This document shows positions 36,901-51,304 of a stretch of DNA of 64,000 nucleotides, piece after piece. The notes below the pieces were generated by a model that saw nothing but the letters and a program-made list of their open reading frames with translations, was not told the origin of the DNA and ran no database searches. Each line of letters begins with the position of its first letter. The stretch's first letter is position 1. The position numbers and the translations under genes were made by a program. The stretch comes from Geosiphon pyriformis uo1 (lineage: Eukaryota; Fungi; Glomeromycota): positions 860,190-924,189 of the forward strand of contig JAAOMT010000494.1 of the NCBI GenBank assembly GCA_016748015.1. The letters run 5' to 3'.

Positions 36901-39900
36901 TAAGCTCTATTAAGATCTCTTAAATCTTCTAAATTTATATTGATATATAAGTAAAGTTTCAATCTGATGGCAGTTTTTTCAGAATATTTGAAATCAAATC
37001 CTGTATTAATATTATGCACATGTTTTGACATAATACTTTTATTATTATTACTGAATTTTTTAAGTTCCTGTTTCTTTGAAAGATCTGGAAGCACAATATA
37101 TTGTTTGGAGTTGTAATTAGAGTTTGAATTGTTATTGTTATTGTTGCCATAGTAAATAAAGTTGAAATTGTTGTTGTCATTATTATTAGAATCTGAATTA
37201 TGATTGAATTTTGATTCCAATTTTAATATATATTGACTGATTGGTTCTTTTTTTTTAGAAATTCAATAGATTATGCATAATGGCAAATTGTAAATAAGAT
37301 TATAATTGTTACAATATTTGAAGTTACTGAAATTAACAATGTTTACAAAGTCTAGTGTTTAATTGTTCTAAATACTGCTCTTGTTTTTTTTAAGTAGGTG
37401 CTAAATTTTGGTAATAGAATGGTTTTTTCTTAATCCTAATAAGTATGAAATGTGCCAACTATTATTTGTTTCTTCTATAAAGATGGTAACTTGTAGTTTA
37501 TTTATTTTTTTTCTTTTTTCTTTGTTATTTTAAAAAAGTATTAATGATAGCTTATTGTGATTACTATTAGTCCATAAAACTTAATAAACTTTCCAGATAG
37601 ATTTGTTTGTTTTTTTTTCAAATTTGATTAATGATAATTGGATGGTAGTGTTTGTTTTGAAGTGGCTATAGATAATAGGTATTTAAGTTTACTAACTATT
37701 TTAATTGAGCTGTAGCTTTTACATGATTTAGTTAAGCACAATATTGGTTTTAGACAGCCAGTTATTACTAATAAAAACTTGGTATTGTGTGACTTCTATG
37801 ACTAAAATCTTAATTGGCACAATAATACTGTTGACTTTAAAAGGGAAGTTATTAATTTTGCCAATAGGAATCTTGATTACTCTATTAGCTGTGATGATTT
37901 TAGTGTTGGCTGTGTAATTAACTTAGTAATCTAATTGTCCATAAGTTGTTTTGTGATGATACTGTTTGCTAATTTACTGTTAAAAATTAGCTTAATAGAT
38001 TGGCTATTAATTTTGGTATTCATATACATGGCAATAATTGGTTTAGTATTAAGAGCAGTTTCATTGAATAGAAATATTATTGTTAATTTCTTTAATTTGA
38101 AAGAAAAAATGGCTGCAAGTAACTTGTCTTTGGTAACTGTTGCTAGTAGAATATTATTAGTAAGTAGTATTAGGTTGGTTTATAACTTGTTAGATAAATT
38201 GTTTTCTGGAATAACTAAAAGACTTAAATAGTTCTGAAAATTTGAGTTTTAGGTGTATCCACTTCTCAAACTCCACTGGCATAATTTTAATAACTGGTTA
38301 AAAGAACTGAAAATTGGTTGGTACATTATTATCACTGATCTTTAATTCTACTAGATGTGTATAATTCTTAGCCTTTGATTTCTAGTTGTAATTTAAGCTA
38401 AATTTTGTGGCAGTATTTAAATTGGTTGAAATTAATAAATTACTTGTAATTGCAGTTAATAGATTATTAATGCTAATATCTAATAAACTGAAAATATGTA
38501 TATTGATTATTGTATCATTAGTGTATAATAAGGTTAATATAATTCTAATAATAAATTGTTAGTATAGTATTGAATTAAAACCTGCAATTAGGGTTTTAAT
38601 ATTAATTTTCTGATCATTAATTATTAAATTTAAAGTGATAATCTGCTTTTAAATAGCCTTGTTTATAACAATAGTAACAATTATGTATTTTTTATTGTTA
38701 CAGTTGATTTAATAATAACAATAATATTGGATGCAATTGATTTTAGAAGTGATTGGGATTTTCTTAGTTGTTATGACATTAAGAAGATTAATAAATTGTC
38801 TGATTATTAACTAAGTATTCTTTTAATTTCTAGTTGATAGAGTTATTAAATTGTTTCAGCTTAAAATCCAATTCAGATAATCTGTTTATTATTAGATTTA
38901 CAGCTTAGATGTAATTGGCTTTAAGTTTGGCCAATTCAAAATCTTGGATATATGTAATTATATTTTAAAAAGTATTTAAGTATATTAGATATTTTTATAG
39001 ATAAACTTGGGATATATAGTAATAATATTTAGTACTCAAAATTTGGGTTTCTAAGGAGCTTTTGAAAGTTTTTTGTTAGTAGACTTGTTTGGTATATTAG
39101 TGTTATTAGTCTCTAAAGGTCTTTTTATTAATGTAAATTTACTTATAAAGTTTTTTGGTTATAAGGCACAAAAAAATAATTTCGTGGTGTTACAACTTTG
39201 TGTATATGAGCTATTTTTTTTGAGCTAGTCAAGTGTAGTTGTTAAGGTCCAACAGTGTCTTTTTGCTTTTCTAATAAGCTAACAAGATAATATTAATATC
39301 CAATCTTAAGAAAAGCTTTTTTTTTTTACCAGATTATCACAAAGTCTATCCTTAGACAATCAATTTTTCTATGTTGCCACTCTACAAGAGAAAAAATAAA
39401 ATAAAATAAAATAAAATAAAAATAAAATAAAAAAAAAACAAAAGAAAAGAAATTAGTATTGTCAATTACCATAATTAAGAATGATTGGTTTAAGTCATAC
39501 TGATTTAAGTTAGTTTTATGCTAAGAGCATTTGGCTAAGAACAAAGATAAGAACAAGTTTAATTCAATTAAAATACATGAATGTGAGAATCATATAAATA
39601 TGAATTTTGGTTTTTCTAATATTTCTTTTATTTCAGTAATATAAGATATAGGATATAACAAGAGATATATAATAAATATAAGTAGAAGAAAGTTGATTTT
39701 TGTTTATCTGTCTGTCTTTCTATTTTCTATAATTACTTTTTTTTATATATTTTTCTTAGTTTTATAAGACTGCTTTTGATCATTTTGTTATTGTTAATTA
39801 TTGTTTGCTATTTCTGTTATTGCTTTGTTTCTTTATATTATTACTAATTATCCTAAATTTGACTAGTTCTTTTGTGTTATATTGCATTTTCATATTTTGT

Positions 39901-42900
39901 ATTGTGTTATTCCAAGTTATTATATATTATTCTGTGTTCTTTTGCATTATTCTGTGTTATTTTATGTTATTACACTTTAATTATATTTCTTTATAACTTG
40001 GATTGGTTTTTCTATTCAGATAATATTATTTCTTTCTTTTAAAATTAAGCCCTTGCAAAATTGTATATATTTATAAAATCTTTATTTTCTATATAATATT
40101 TGATTATTGCTTCAATTATTGTTTTTTTTAGGTCATTGAATTCTGTATTTATTATTGTTCTATGTTGTTAATTGTAATAGTCTCTAAAAAGCTGTCTAGC
40201 AGTATAATTGAACAGTGTTTAAATGCTGTATATAATTGATATGCTGCTTTATAATGTAGTGTTAAGTTGTTTTTTCCTACAAATACTTTTACTTATTTGA
40301 GAGCTTTTTTGTTGAATGTTTATTAGTTAAGATCTTTATATGGTGTCTTTAATCTTATTTGTTCACCAATTTTATAGAATCAGTAGACTAGTAAAAGTTT
40401 TTCTTTCCATAGTTTTTGGGTGTTTATTCTTTTGTTACTAGTTCCAATGCTAACCTGTTTAAAGCTTCTTTTATTTTTTTGAGCTTGGCCTAACATGTAA
40501 TCTTTTTTTTTTGATTATTTGTAAAAATAAAAATATTCAGTTCTAGTTGAACTCTTACCTATTTTTTTTTTGCTTCTGTTTCTGTATTGTATTTTTTTCC
40601 TATTAATTGTGATTTCTATTTGGGTTGTGAATTATTAAATTGTTTTAAATAGTTGTTTTGAAAGTTTTAGGATTTTGATCTGAGAGGTCTATGTTAAAAG
40701 TTCTATCATTTTTCTTGTTGTTTTGATTGTTATATTTACTTATATTTTTCAATTAAATAGTTATATGTTGATTATGTTTCAATGACAATAATTGGTTCCA
40801 AATCTCATGGTATATCTTCTGGTTTGATTAATAGAATCTGTTTTCTTAGTTGCAATATAGATAATAATGTTTTTTGTTTTATATAATAAATTTTCAACCA
40901 ATTTTTATGTGCTATTTTCTTTAAAATTCTGTCTTCTAATCTTAATTTATAAGCTCTGTTGTCTAAAACTTTGTATATGTGAAATGAACCATCTTACTTT
41001 GGATTAAACTTTCTATTTTACTGTTTCTTAGTCTTTATACAATATAATAGTACATGGTCTTCAATCTTAAATTTAATTGGTTGGTTAGATAAGTAATTAT
41101 CATGTCTTTCTTTCTGTTGTTCTTGAGCTTTACTAATATTGTTAACTACTGTTCTATAATTGTTTTCCAATGTTTTCATAAGCTGTTATATTTTTTGGTG
41201 TAAAATAATTTCAAAATTCTTCTTGGTAATTGTTTCTGTTGGAAAAGAAGGTATTTTTTGTTTAATAAATAGAGTAGTTTTTCTTCTATAGATTAGTTTA
41301 AATGGTGTAAACTAGATAGTATTTTGCTTAAATATTTGATATGCAAATAATATAGAAGATATAAATAAGTCTATTTTTGTGTATTTTCATAACTTTTTTT
41401 TGTTAATGTTTTATACAGTGTTCAATTAAATTGTTCTATTAGTCTATTTGTTTGTGAGTAATAAGATAACAATAAGAGTCGTTTTATTCCAAATTGTTGG
41501 CTTAGTTTGATTAGTGTACTATTAACAAAATGTGTTTTTTGGTCAAATAACAATTCTTTTGGGCATCCATGATGGCAAATTAGATTTTGGTATATAAACT
41601 TAGCTACTGTTTTAACATTAGCCACTTGGATTGCTCTGGCTTTTGACCACTTGATAAGATAGTCTATAGCTATAGTTATGTAATAATTTCTCTTAGATGT
41701 AATTGAAAAAAGACCAACCAAATCAATCTCTATTCTATTAAATAGATTTCCAACTGAAATAGGTCAAAGTAGTTTTGTTGTTCTGGCTTCTTCTTTTTGT
41801 TGGTATAAGTTACAGTTGAAAATATATTCAAAAATGTTTTTATATATTATTGACCAATAATATAGATTGTAATTTTTTTTAAAGTAGTATTTTTATTAAA
41901 GTGTTCTGTAGTTAAGTCAGAATACATACTATATAAAACAGTTTCTTTTTTATTGTTTTTTATAACTTGTTGTGGGGTAGTGCAGTTTTGGCATTCTTAA
42001 TAATATAGTTAGTTGTTCTGAATAAAGTAATTAGAAACTTGTTTTTATATATAACTTTGTTTCTGTTGAGATAATAGCTTCTTGAATTAAAAGATTAATA
42101 AATACTGGTATAATTGCTAATAAGTAGTTGTATCTATGGATTTAAGATTAGATTTGTGTTATCCTCAACAAAATGTCAAAATTGGTGTTTTTGTCTTTTT
42201 TATAATAAACTTTATATAAAAATTGTTACAAATAAATATTCCATCATGCATATTTTTCTTCCAGTTGTGGTTTACTAAGTAACCAAATAAGTCTTTTATA
42301 ATTAATATATAGATCAAATAATTGGTAAAGATAGTGTTTTCAATTTTGTACTGCCCAATAAATAGCAAAGTATTCCAAATCTGTTATGCTATATTTCTTC
42401 TCTGCTGTGTTGATGTTGCAACTGGGATAGGTAATTGAATGCTTTTTATTATCTGGTTTGATTTGTGACAGAATGGCTTTTAGTACATTTTTCAAGGTAT
42501 CTGTAGCAATGATAAAACATTTATTGAAGTCTGAATAAATCAATATCAGTACTTCTATCAAGTACTGTTTGAGATAATTGAATGCTTTTTGCTGTTTTTT
42601 TCTTTATAGATACAGAACATGTTTTGATAATAAGTAATGAAAAAATTTTGTAATATTGAAGAAGTCTTTAATAAACTGGTGATAATATTTTGCCAGTCTT
42701 AAAAATTATTGTAATTCTTGCAGATTGATCGGGACTAGGAAATTTTTAACTTTTTAAACTTTATTTGGATTAGATTTTACTCCATTTTTGCTTATTACAT
42801 GTTCCAAAAATTTAATTTTGGTTTTTCCAAAGAAACATTTGTCAGAGTTTTAATTCAGCACTCTAAAGATGGTCAAAGACTTGTTAGAAATGAAGCAAGT

Positions 42901-43698
42901 GGTTGTTAAATGTTTTAGAGAATACATTGGTGTCATTCAGATATATTACAACTGATTTTCAAAAAATTTCTTTGTACATAACATCCATAAGACACTAAAA
43001 AATAGCAAAAACATTGCAGAGTCCAAAGGACATTATGTTGAATTCAAAATTTCTATCTTGTATAGTAAATATCATTTTTTTTTGTTTTTAAAGTCCATTT
43101 TAACTTGCTAATATCTACTGGCTAGATTCAAAAATGAGAACTATTTCTTATTTTCTAAATTATTCAGAATTTTTTGAATTAGAAGAGTAAAATAACTATC
43201 TCTTTAAGTAACACTGTTTAACTTTTAGTAGTCTATGCAGAACCATATTTTCCCATTTTTCTTAGTGACTAATATGACTGGAGAGGACCAAAGACTTAAT
43301 ACTTTTTTGATCAACCTATTATTTAGCATTTATTATACTTTCTGTTTAATCAAATTATCATCTGCTAAAATTATTTAATAGGCTTATTATTTAATAGATT
43401 GTGTATCTCCTATGTTGATCTGGTGTTTTACAATGTTAATACATTCGAATTCATTTTTACTGGCAAAGACATTGGCATATTAGTTAAAAAAAACTTTGAG
43501 TTGTATTTGTTGTAATGTATTTAAGTTTCCTAAATTTAGTTTAGTAATTTTTTTAGGTGTGAACAGATAACTTTTTTTTATTTATATAATTAAATTTTAT
43601 TGGTTAATATACATGTGTTTTTAATATATTATTTATAATAAAAAATAAAATTTTATTAAATTTTATATAATATAAAACCAAATACAGTATTACAAATT

Positions 43699-46604
43699 TT
43701 AAATATTATTTAATTTGTCTAATTCTTCAAAAATATTATCTGGAATTTTTCTATAAGATTTATACTTTTTTATAGTATATTCTACTAATTTTCTACCAAG
43801 ATTTTTTCTATAAAAATTTATATAATACCAAAATTTTCTTGAAAATCATCTAATAGTTATTAAAAATACTAATTCAAGACTTTTAGACACTGTTCTTTGT
43901 AATTTTTTCCATGAATAATCGCATTTGTTACATATATATTTTTTAGTAACTTTCCAATATCTTTCAATAAAATTTAATTTGCAATAAAATTTTGGAAAAA
44001 AATGCACTTATGTCTCATAATTTTAATTAATTTTTCAATTGTATTTTTTTGAGTAAAAAAATCAGATTTCAAAAATATTACTTAATGTGCATAATAAAAA
44101 ACTCTTAAAGAATCTTTGATTTTTTCTTTGCATTTTTGGCATTCTAATATTAATTTTTTTGATGGCCATTGTTATGGAAGTGTTTTCTTGGTATATTTTA
44201 ATTGTTGATCTCCCATTTTAATTACAATCAGTCTTTCATGAGTTCCTTAATTTTATGTGTTGGATATTAATAATAATATACTGAAGGTTTTCTCTTGATG
44301 TTGTAATATAAGTTTTCTTTTTAATTCTAATTGTCTTTGTATGTTCTATACTCCTTCCCAAAGGCTAATTTGAAATCTACCTGCTGTCTGGGGTCTTCTC
44401 TGAGGCTATCCTTGCAATTGTCTGATGTGTTTTTCTAATCTAGAAACAAGAAATATTAATAGCCTTTTCACAATTTCCCTAAGTATATAATAAAGCTTTT
44501 TCAATTTAATTAGTAACCATGTAAATAATCTTGATCAGAAATTATTCTTTCAAAGAGTTCAGAGATGGAATAATAGTTTCATTTGCTAAAGAGGGTATGT
44601 GAATTCTATTATTAATCTCATAATTGTAATGTTCATTCAATTTATTATTTTTATTAATTCTTTTTAAATAAGATTTTATTTAGATATTTGTTGTTTCGAG
44701 TTGAAGCTGTTTTATTCTTTATCATTAAAAACTATTGTATATATATATAATTATTGTTTTACAAAATAATGTTTTGTAATACTTTATTTCTGTTATTTTT
44801 AAATAGTGCTTGCTGCTATTGTAAAATAGTGCTTGCTGTTATTTGTAAATTATTTTTTTTTATAAATTGTTGTTGTGCTATTTTATGATTGGCTAATTTA
44901 TATTATTTATAATTCCTATTAAATTCTTGAACTATAATACCATTTTTCTTTTATTAATACTTGTTTAATTTCTTTAGGCAATTTTTGAAGTTTTTTATCT
45001 AAATATGTTTCCAGAAAGATTATCAATTGTAATTAATTATCTAATTTAAAAGAAATATCTCACATCAATGATTGCTTTCCACTTAAACTTAAATTCATTC
45101 TGTTTGCAGTTAAAGCATCTTTACTAAATATTGCATAATTAAAGCTATTATTGAAAGCAAATATAACTGTACAATCTGAATATAATTTCTCAAAAATTGG
45201 AATTGCTTTACATTTAATTTGTTTAAAAAGATGGTTTGCTGTCCAATAATCATTTTAATTTATATCAAATTGCAAATAACATTGTGTCTCTTCCAATATA
45301 TTAGAATAGTTTTCTATATTATTTTGTTGTAAACATAAATATTTATCAATTTTAGTTAGAAATTTACTGATCATAATTAATTTTCCATTTTTTTTTTTCT
45401 TAATGGAAAGTTTTTATGCTTAGTCCATATGTCATATTTGTTATTATTTAAATAAAAAATACATTCATTATGGACTATAAGAACTCTTTCTTTTTTTTAT
45501 TAAATAAGTTAGAACATATTCAATCCATAAATTCACTTTTATACTTTGATATATACTTTTCATGCTCATATATTTTTTCTAAAAATTCTTTTTGAGATTG
45601 CAAGACATTATTTCTTTTATGTCTATTATAATATAAGTTTTGATAATATTGTTGAAATAAATAACCAAGAATTTTAAGCCATCTTATTGCAGTTGTAAGA
45701 CTAATAATTTTTTTCTTTATTATTCCAATATTAGAAAACAATTCATGCTTAATAAATTTTTTAAATATGACTGAAATGACATTAAAGTTTTGGTTTTTAA
45801 TCCAAATATGACATCTTTCTGTAATGTCTTTATTATTAATTATTTTAATCATTTTTTGGTGTTTTTTATGTTTTGATATTAGAAGCTTATTATTAAGCAA
45901 CCAATACTTTGCAAGATATCAAATTTTTCATGCTTTCTATACATTATTATTAATAAAAACCTTTTGGACAATTTTCAAACTGGCATTAATTTTTTTATGT
46001 CTATTATTATTATTTAACAAGGTAAAATATTCAAAAATAGCTCTTTTTTAATTATATTTAAAGATAATTAACTAAGCATATTGTTTTTTTAAATGTTTTT
46101 TTAACTCTTGCTTTTTTTTATTTGACTAGCTTACAGATCAATTTTACTTTCTAAATTGCTTAAAGATTTATTAGATTTGAACTATTGTAAGTTTGTAGTT
46201 TGAGCATTACTAATATTAAAAAAAGTAGTAATTTTTTTTAGTTTTGGCTGCTGCTTTGGTAAATAAACCATTTGGTCTATATTTATTGTAATAAGTTGAC
46301 TTTGGTATTTTTTTTGTCATGTAAGAGCCTTACTTTTTTTTATAGATAATTGTTATTTTTCTATATTAAATTAAGTTTTTTAATTTTGTATTTATTCTAA
46401 TTATAGCTTTTATATCTTCTGTATCATCTCATCTATTGTTATTATCATTACTCCATTTTCTATTACTAACATCTAGTTTGTTAAATTTATTTACTTCAAT
46501 ATCATAATCATTTATTGAAGTGATATAATGTGTTTTTTATATGAGCTTTTTGTATTTTTAACTTGATTTTTAGCTTTTCTTTTTCTTTTAGAATAAAGTG
46601 GCAT
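43699..46604 (-). mobile_element. Degenerate IS630/Tc1/mariner-superfamily DDE transposase, interrupted by a solo LTR
   Basis: ISLTTAIRWLKILGY, YYNRHKR (from Y.DGHER), VHNECIFY (HDE), FAFNNS (FDNS), FFPKFYCKLNFIERYW, KKYKSYRKIP. TIRs not found. Confidence 0.8.
44170..44939 (-). mobile_element. Solo LTR (family G) inside the transposase
   Basis: TGTTA...TAATA termini, perfect TSD CCAT, minus-strand CCAAT box ~44890, TATA run ~44740. Confidence 0.85.
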
Positions 46605-47009
46605 TTTTTTATATGATACAATGTTAATTTAGTGTGTAATTAGTGCTTGAACAGAATTAAAGAATTTAAACCATATAATGTTATACAACAAAATTGTATC
46701 ACAATGGAAATAGCATTTTTAACTTAGATATATATCTATTTTTTAAATTTTTTGGGTTTTAATTTAAACTTTAATTTTTGTTTTGTAGTTTTGGATAAAA
46801 AGCAATCAAAAAAAACTCCTTTGACATTCATCAAAAAAAATTTTTTATTGGAATTGAGAAGATTATTTGAGCTGAAAATTCAGGTAACATCAATAAAAAT
46901 AATTAACAAAAATTTCTTCAACTTATAACAAAGAATTTGGGCAAAAAAGTCTAATATTGACAATTAAACAACCAATTCAAAAAAAACCCAATTTTCAAAT
47001 TGAAGCCAA

Positions 47010-47430
47010 TTCTTTAGAGTTGATAAAAAATTTATTGCAAATAATTGTTGATCAAAAAAATAGTAGGTAAGGATATTGAAAATAGATTTCAATTTTAGTA
47101 TTACAGCCTAGTTGTAACCTCTTATTTTTATATTTAATGGTCAACAATATGCTGAATTATTTATGAATTTATTATCTAAAAAAAAATATTCAGAATATTA
47201 TAATGTAATTAAAAAACCAAGATTCTTAAATATGATTGAGATTGATATTTTGCACTTTTTTTTCATCAGTCACTTAATACTTAACATATGTTTTCTATAT
47301 CACATCAATGGAAAATTCGAAAAAAATATTATTTATTTATGAATTTAATTAGGGTTTGCAATTGATTTCGAAAATGCTATGTATTTTAATAATGATTTAC
47401 ACATTTTCAAAAATGTTAAATTCTTACAAG
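47010..47430 (+). pseudogene. Intron-containing bromodomain gene fragment (Rsc1/2/4- or polybromo-like)
   Basis: LIKNLLQIIVDQKNS, intron (GTAAGG at 47067), GQQYAELFMNLLSKKKYSEYYNVIKKPRFLNMIE, then FENAMYFNNDLHIFKNVKFLQ and a donor GTAAGA at 47430. Fits the bromodomain consensus F..LP.....PDYY..IK.P..L and F.NA..FN. Confidence 0.75.
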
Positions 47431-48277
47431 TAAGAAGTTTATTAAGTTTTTACAAAAAAATTTGAGTTTTATCTATTTGAACTAATATATTTCATACATT
47501 TTTTGTATTAAAACAAACTTTTTAGAAAATATACAACACTAACAAAAAAAAGCTATTCAAGATTATGGGCTTTAAGACAACTTCAGTTCTTTTAATTAAG
47601 GTAAAGCCAAAGATCTTTTAATTTCAATCTGATTCTCTTAAATTAATACCAACTGATGTAAGTTTCTTGATTATTGTAATAAGCTATTATATATTACATT
47701 CTAATAAGTTGTTGAAATATTCAACAATTGAAATTTTTTTTACAGCTTAGAAAACCAATTCTAAAACTAGATAATAATTTAGTCGAATACACAATAGGTA
47801 TTTTAGTCATTATATTTTTCTTTGATATAATTTATTATTCAAATATTAAATTTAACCAAAAACTTTTATTACAAGAGATTTCATATATCTTTTAAATTCA
47901 AGCAATTTTTTGAAACACAACATTATAGTTATTGAAAAATTATTTGTGAATTTAAAGTAAGTATTCACATTATAATAACACAAAATTACAAATAAAGCAC
48001 AAATGACATTTTCAAATTCTTTAACAATTATTTATAGTACTTTTACAATTTTTTTGATGTCTGGTGTAAACAATATTGATATCTGAGTTTCTGTCCCAAT
48101 AATAACAACCAAATATAGTAATAATATAAATAGAATATTTATAGTTAATGATGCCATGTTATCAGCAAAAAACATGCAAGCCAAGAAATATTATATTTTT
48201 ATAAAAAAGTGACCATCTAAAGATTAGATTAATATTAATTAAAAGCCTTTCTGAAAATAATAATACTTTGATGATTT

Positions 48278-48340
48278 ATCACATGGTAACATGACTTTAA
48301 TGATTTCTGATTGGCTAAAATCTGATTGATTGGCATCTGA
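48278..48340 (-). promoter_or_regulatory. Promoter-like cluster: two CCAAT boxes and deaminated CACGTG-like sites
   Basis: TCTGATTGGC and GATTGGC, plus TCACATG and ACATGAC. Confidence 0.35.
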
Positions 48341-51304
48341 AAATTAAAGATTAATAATAAAAGTGGTTAATTTTAAACTTTAATAACTTTATAAATTATA
48401 ATATAATTCAAAAAATTAAACCATAAATGTGAAAAAAAAGAACTTAATCTATCATATTTATGGTTTAGTTTTTTAATATTATTAAAATTGGAAGACTAGA
48501 TACAATCTAAAATTATATAAATTGTTTGATAACTATAAATAATTTGTACCATAAAGTCTATTAAAATTGTTCTGTAGCATAATAATAATGTTTTCTGTAT
48601 ATTTGGCATTAATAATTCTTTTTTTTATGTTGATTTTTTTTTGCAAGACTTAATCATGAAACAACCTGAATCATAGTACTAATAAAAATTTTTAAAGCTA
48701 TTTTGTAATCTATTTTTACAAAGAAGTATAGGATTATAATTACAGAAAATTGTCTAAAATATCTTAAATCAAATCCAACATTGTTTTTGTGTGTTTTTTT
48801 AGAACAGATTCTTTTGTTGTTATTACTATACCATTTTAATTCTAATTTTTTAGAGAGGTTAAAGTAAATAAGATACTATTCTATTTTAATAGTATTACTT
48901 GGCTCTTGAAATGACATGTTCTTAGTGTTAAACTTGTATTTTTCTTCTGGTTTTAGTAATTTAATAATAGAATATAGTGTTCTTGGGGGTGAATTAAATA
49001 CAAGATTACACTTGTTACAGTACTGAAAATGACAAGAAATCAAGCAATAATTACACAGTTTTGTATTAAGATCTGCTAGTTTCTGTTTCTGTTCTTTTTG
49101 AATTGAAGCCAGTTTTTGGTACTGGTTTTAGAATGCTTTGGAATTGTCTGTAAATATGTTATTTATTTCTTTAATTGTTATTAAGGCATTTTTTATGACA
49201 TATATTTTCTCAATAGTGGCTCTTTTCTATTTGGCTGTGGTTATTTTTCAAATTTTTTCTTTATTATGGGATCATAAATTTAGTCAGTTTATTGCTTAAC
49301 TATATACTATTGTAAATGAAATGTCTTTTCTGGCTTAATCATTTATTAGGATAGTATATTGACATAATTTATCACATATTTCTTCTTTGTTTAAAATATT
49401 ATTTCACAATTCTTTATCTGGTAAAATTTTATCATATACAAGACATAATGTGTTGTCCTATTTGTCTTGTTGCTTAAGTTATCTATATTATCTAATACAC
49501 AAAGTCAGCAGTAATATTTGGTGGCTGTTGGCCATATTTTGTCATCTCTGATACAAATGCCCATTAAAAACAACTTTTTTTTACAATTAATACAGATTAA
49601 TTTAGGAAATTAATAGAGTTATTCTTTTTAATTTAAACTTAGATAGATTGGTGGTAATTTGGAAGGTTTTTTGTTAGTCTTTCTTTTACTTTTTTTTTTC
49701 AGGTGGAAAGTGGTGATAGTTTTGTTTTACAATTATCAGTTTACAAAACTTGGTAAGTTTCTAATATCAGTGATGGCACTATTTTTTCAAATTCAATTAG
49801 CAGTTGGTCTGAGTTTTAGATTTTAAAATGTCTACACATAGCAAATATTTGAACATGTTGCTCATTAAAAATGATTTAAAGTTCTTGTATATTTCAGTCA
49901 AAGGTGGTATAAGTTTTTAATGACTAATTATTTCTTACAAGGGCTTGGTATTAGGTGGCTTTTATGACAAGTATCTTAGTAAAGATTGGAATTCTGTTAA
50001 TTTTAAAAAGAAAATTATCAATTTCTTCTATTGGAGTTTTGATATTCTCATCTGTGGTGATTATTTGAGTGATGGTAGCATAATTTACTTGATAATTTAG
50101 TTGATTCATGAGTTGTTTTGTAATGATGCTATCTGTAAATCCACTATTAAATATTAATTTAATGTTTACTTGTCCTACTTTAGCATTAATATATATTGCT
50201 GTAATTGATTTATTCTTATTAATAGCAGCTCTACTAAAAAAGTTAATAATATTCAGATTATCAATATTAAACAGAAATATAGTGATAAAAATATTATCTT
50301 TTGTAATTGTGACAGGTGAAATCATATTAGTAAACAGATTAATGTTTTGAGTAGAAGGATTGCTAATTTCAGTTATATCTTTTCTTTCTAAAAGTATAAT
50401 GTTACCAAAATCCAGAGTTTTGGTAAAATCAAAGTACAAAATCTGGTTAAAATATCCAATTTGTGCTGCTCAAAGTGGTATGTTGTCTCAATTTACTAGT
50501 TAGAATGGCTTACTAATAAGTTGTATCTAATTTCTATTAATGCTTGGCAATTCTTGATTGTAGTTAATTGTTTAAAGTCTGAAATGACTATATATAAAAA
50601 CTTGGTACTAAGATGTTATTTGCATTATTGTTTGTAATGACTGATAGTAATTTTTGGGCAGTTGATGTGAATACTGTAGTAGCTAATATTAGAGTATAGA
50701 ATATTAAGGTCCTATGACTTGAAAATATCTTTGTTGTTATGGATATTAATTTCTTCAGTTTTAGTCTACTACTTTTTTTTAACAATTCTAGATAATATGT
50801 CTGAGTTTTTAATAATAGTAACAGTTGTGAAAATCTAATTTCTAAGGTTTTTTGTTGTTGTTGTTAATTCTGTTGATGCTGGTATTAATTGTTGTTCTTA
50901 TATTGTGGTGGCTAATAAGTTCTTACAGTTTTAACTAAGAATTCTTTATTTTTTTGAGTTAATTTCTTACTTAATTAAATAAACTTAATATTAATATTTG
51001 AGATTCTATTTATGGCCAGATTAATGACTTGAATATGATTGGCTTTTTGCTTTGCTAATTTGAAATCATGAAACAGAGTAATGGCATTTAGTAATGTAGT
51101 TGAGTGGTAAGATTTTATAAATTGTAAAATACTGCTTCTTAATTTTTTAATGAATTGGTTAAGAATTTGTCCTGGAATATAATATTTTTTTTTAATTGTC
51201 TGTATCTGTCAAAGAACTTAATTAAATCATCCAAAATAAATGGTTATTACTTCATGGTTTTTTTGTTTTATTATACTGAATTGATTTTGTAGCTAAATAA
51301 ACAT

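Noticed and set aside
47980-48160. Minus-strand frame MASLTINILFILLLYLVVIIG... as a secreted-protein pseudogene
   Set aside because: Short, interrupted by a stop, no recognisable homology, and the hydrophobicity is expected from AT bias.
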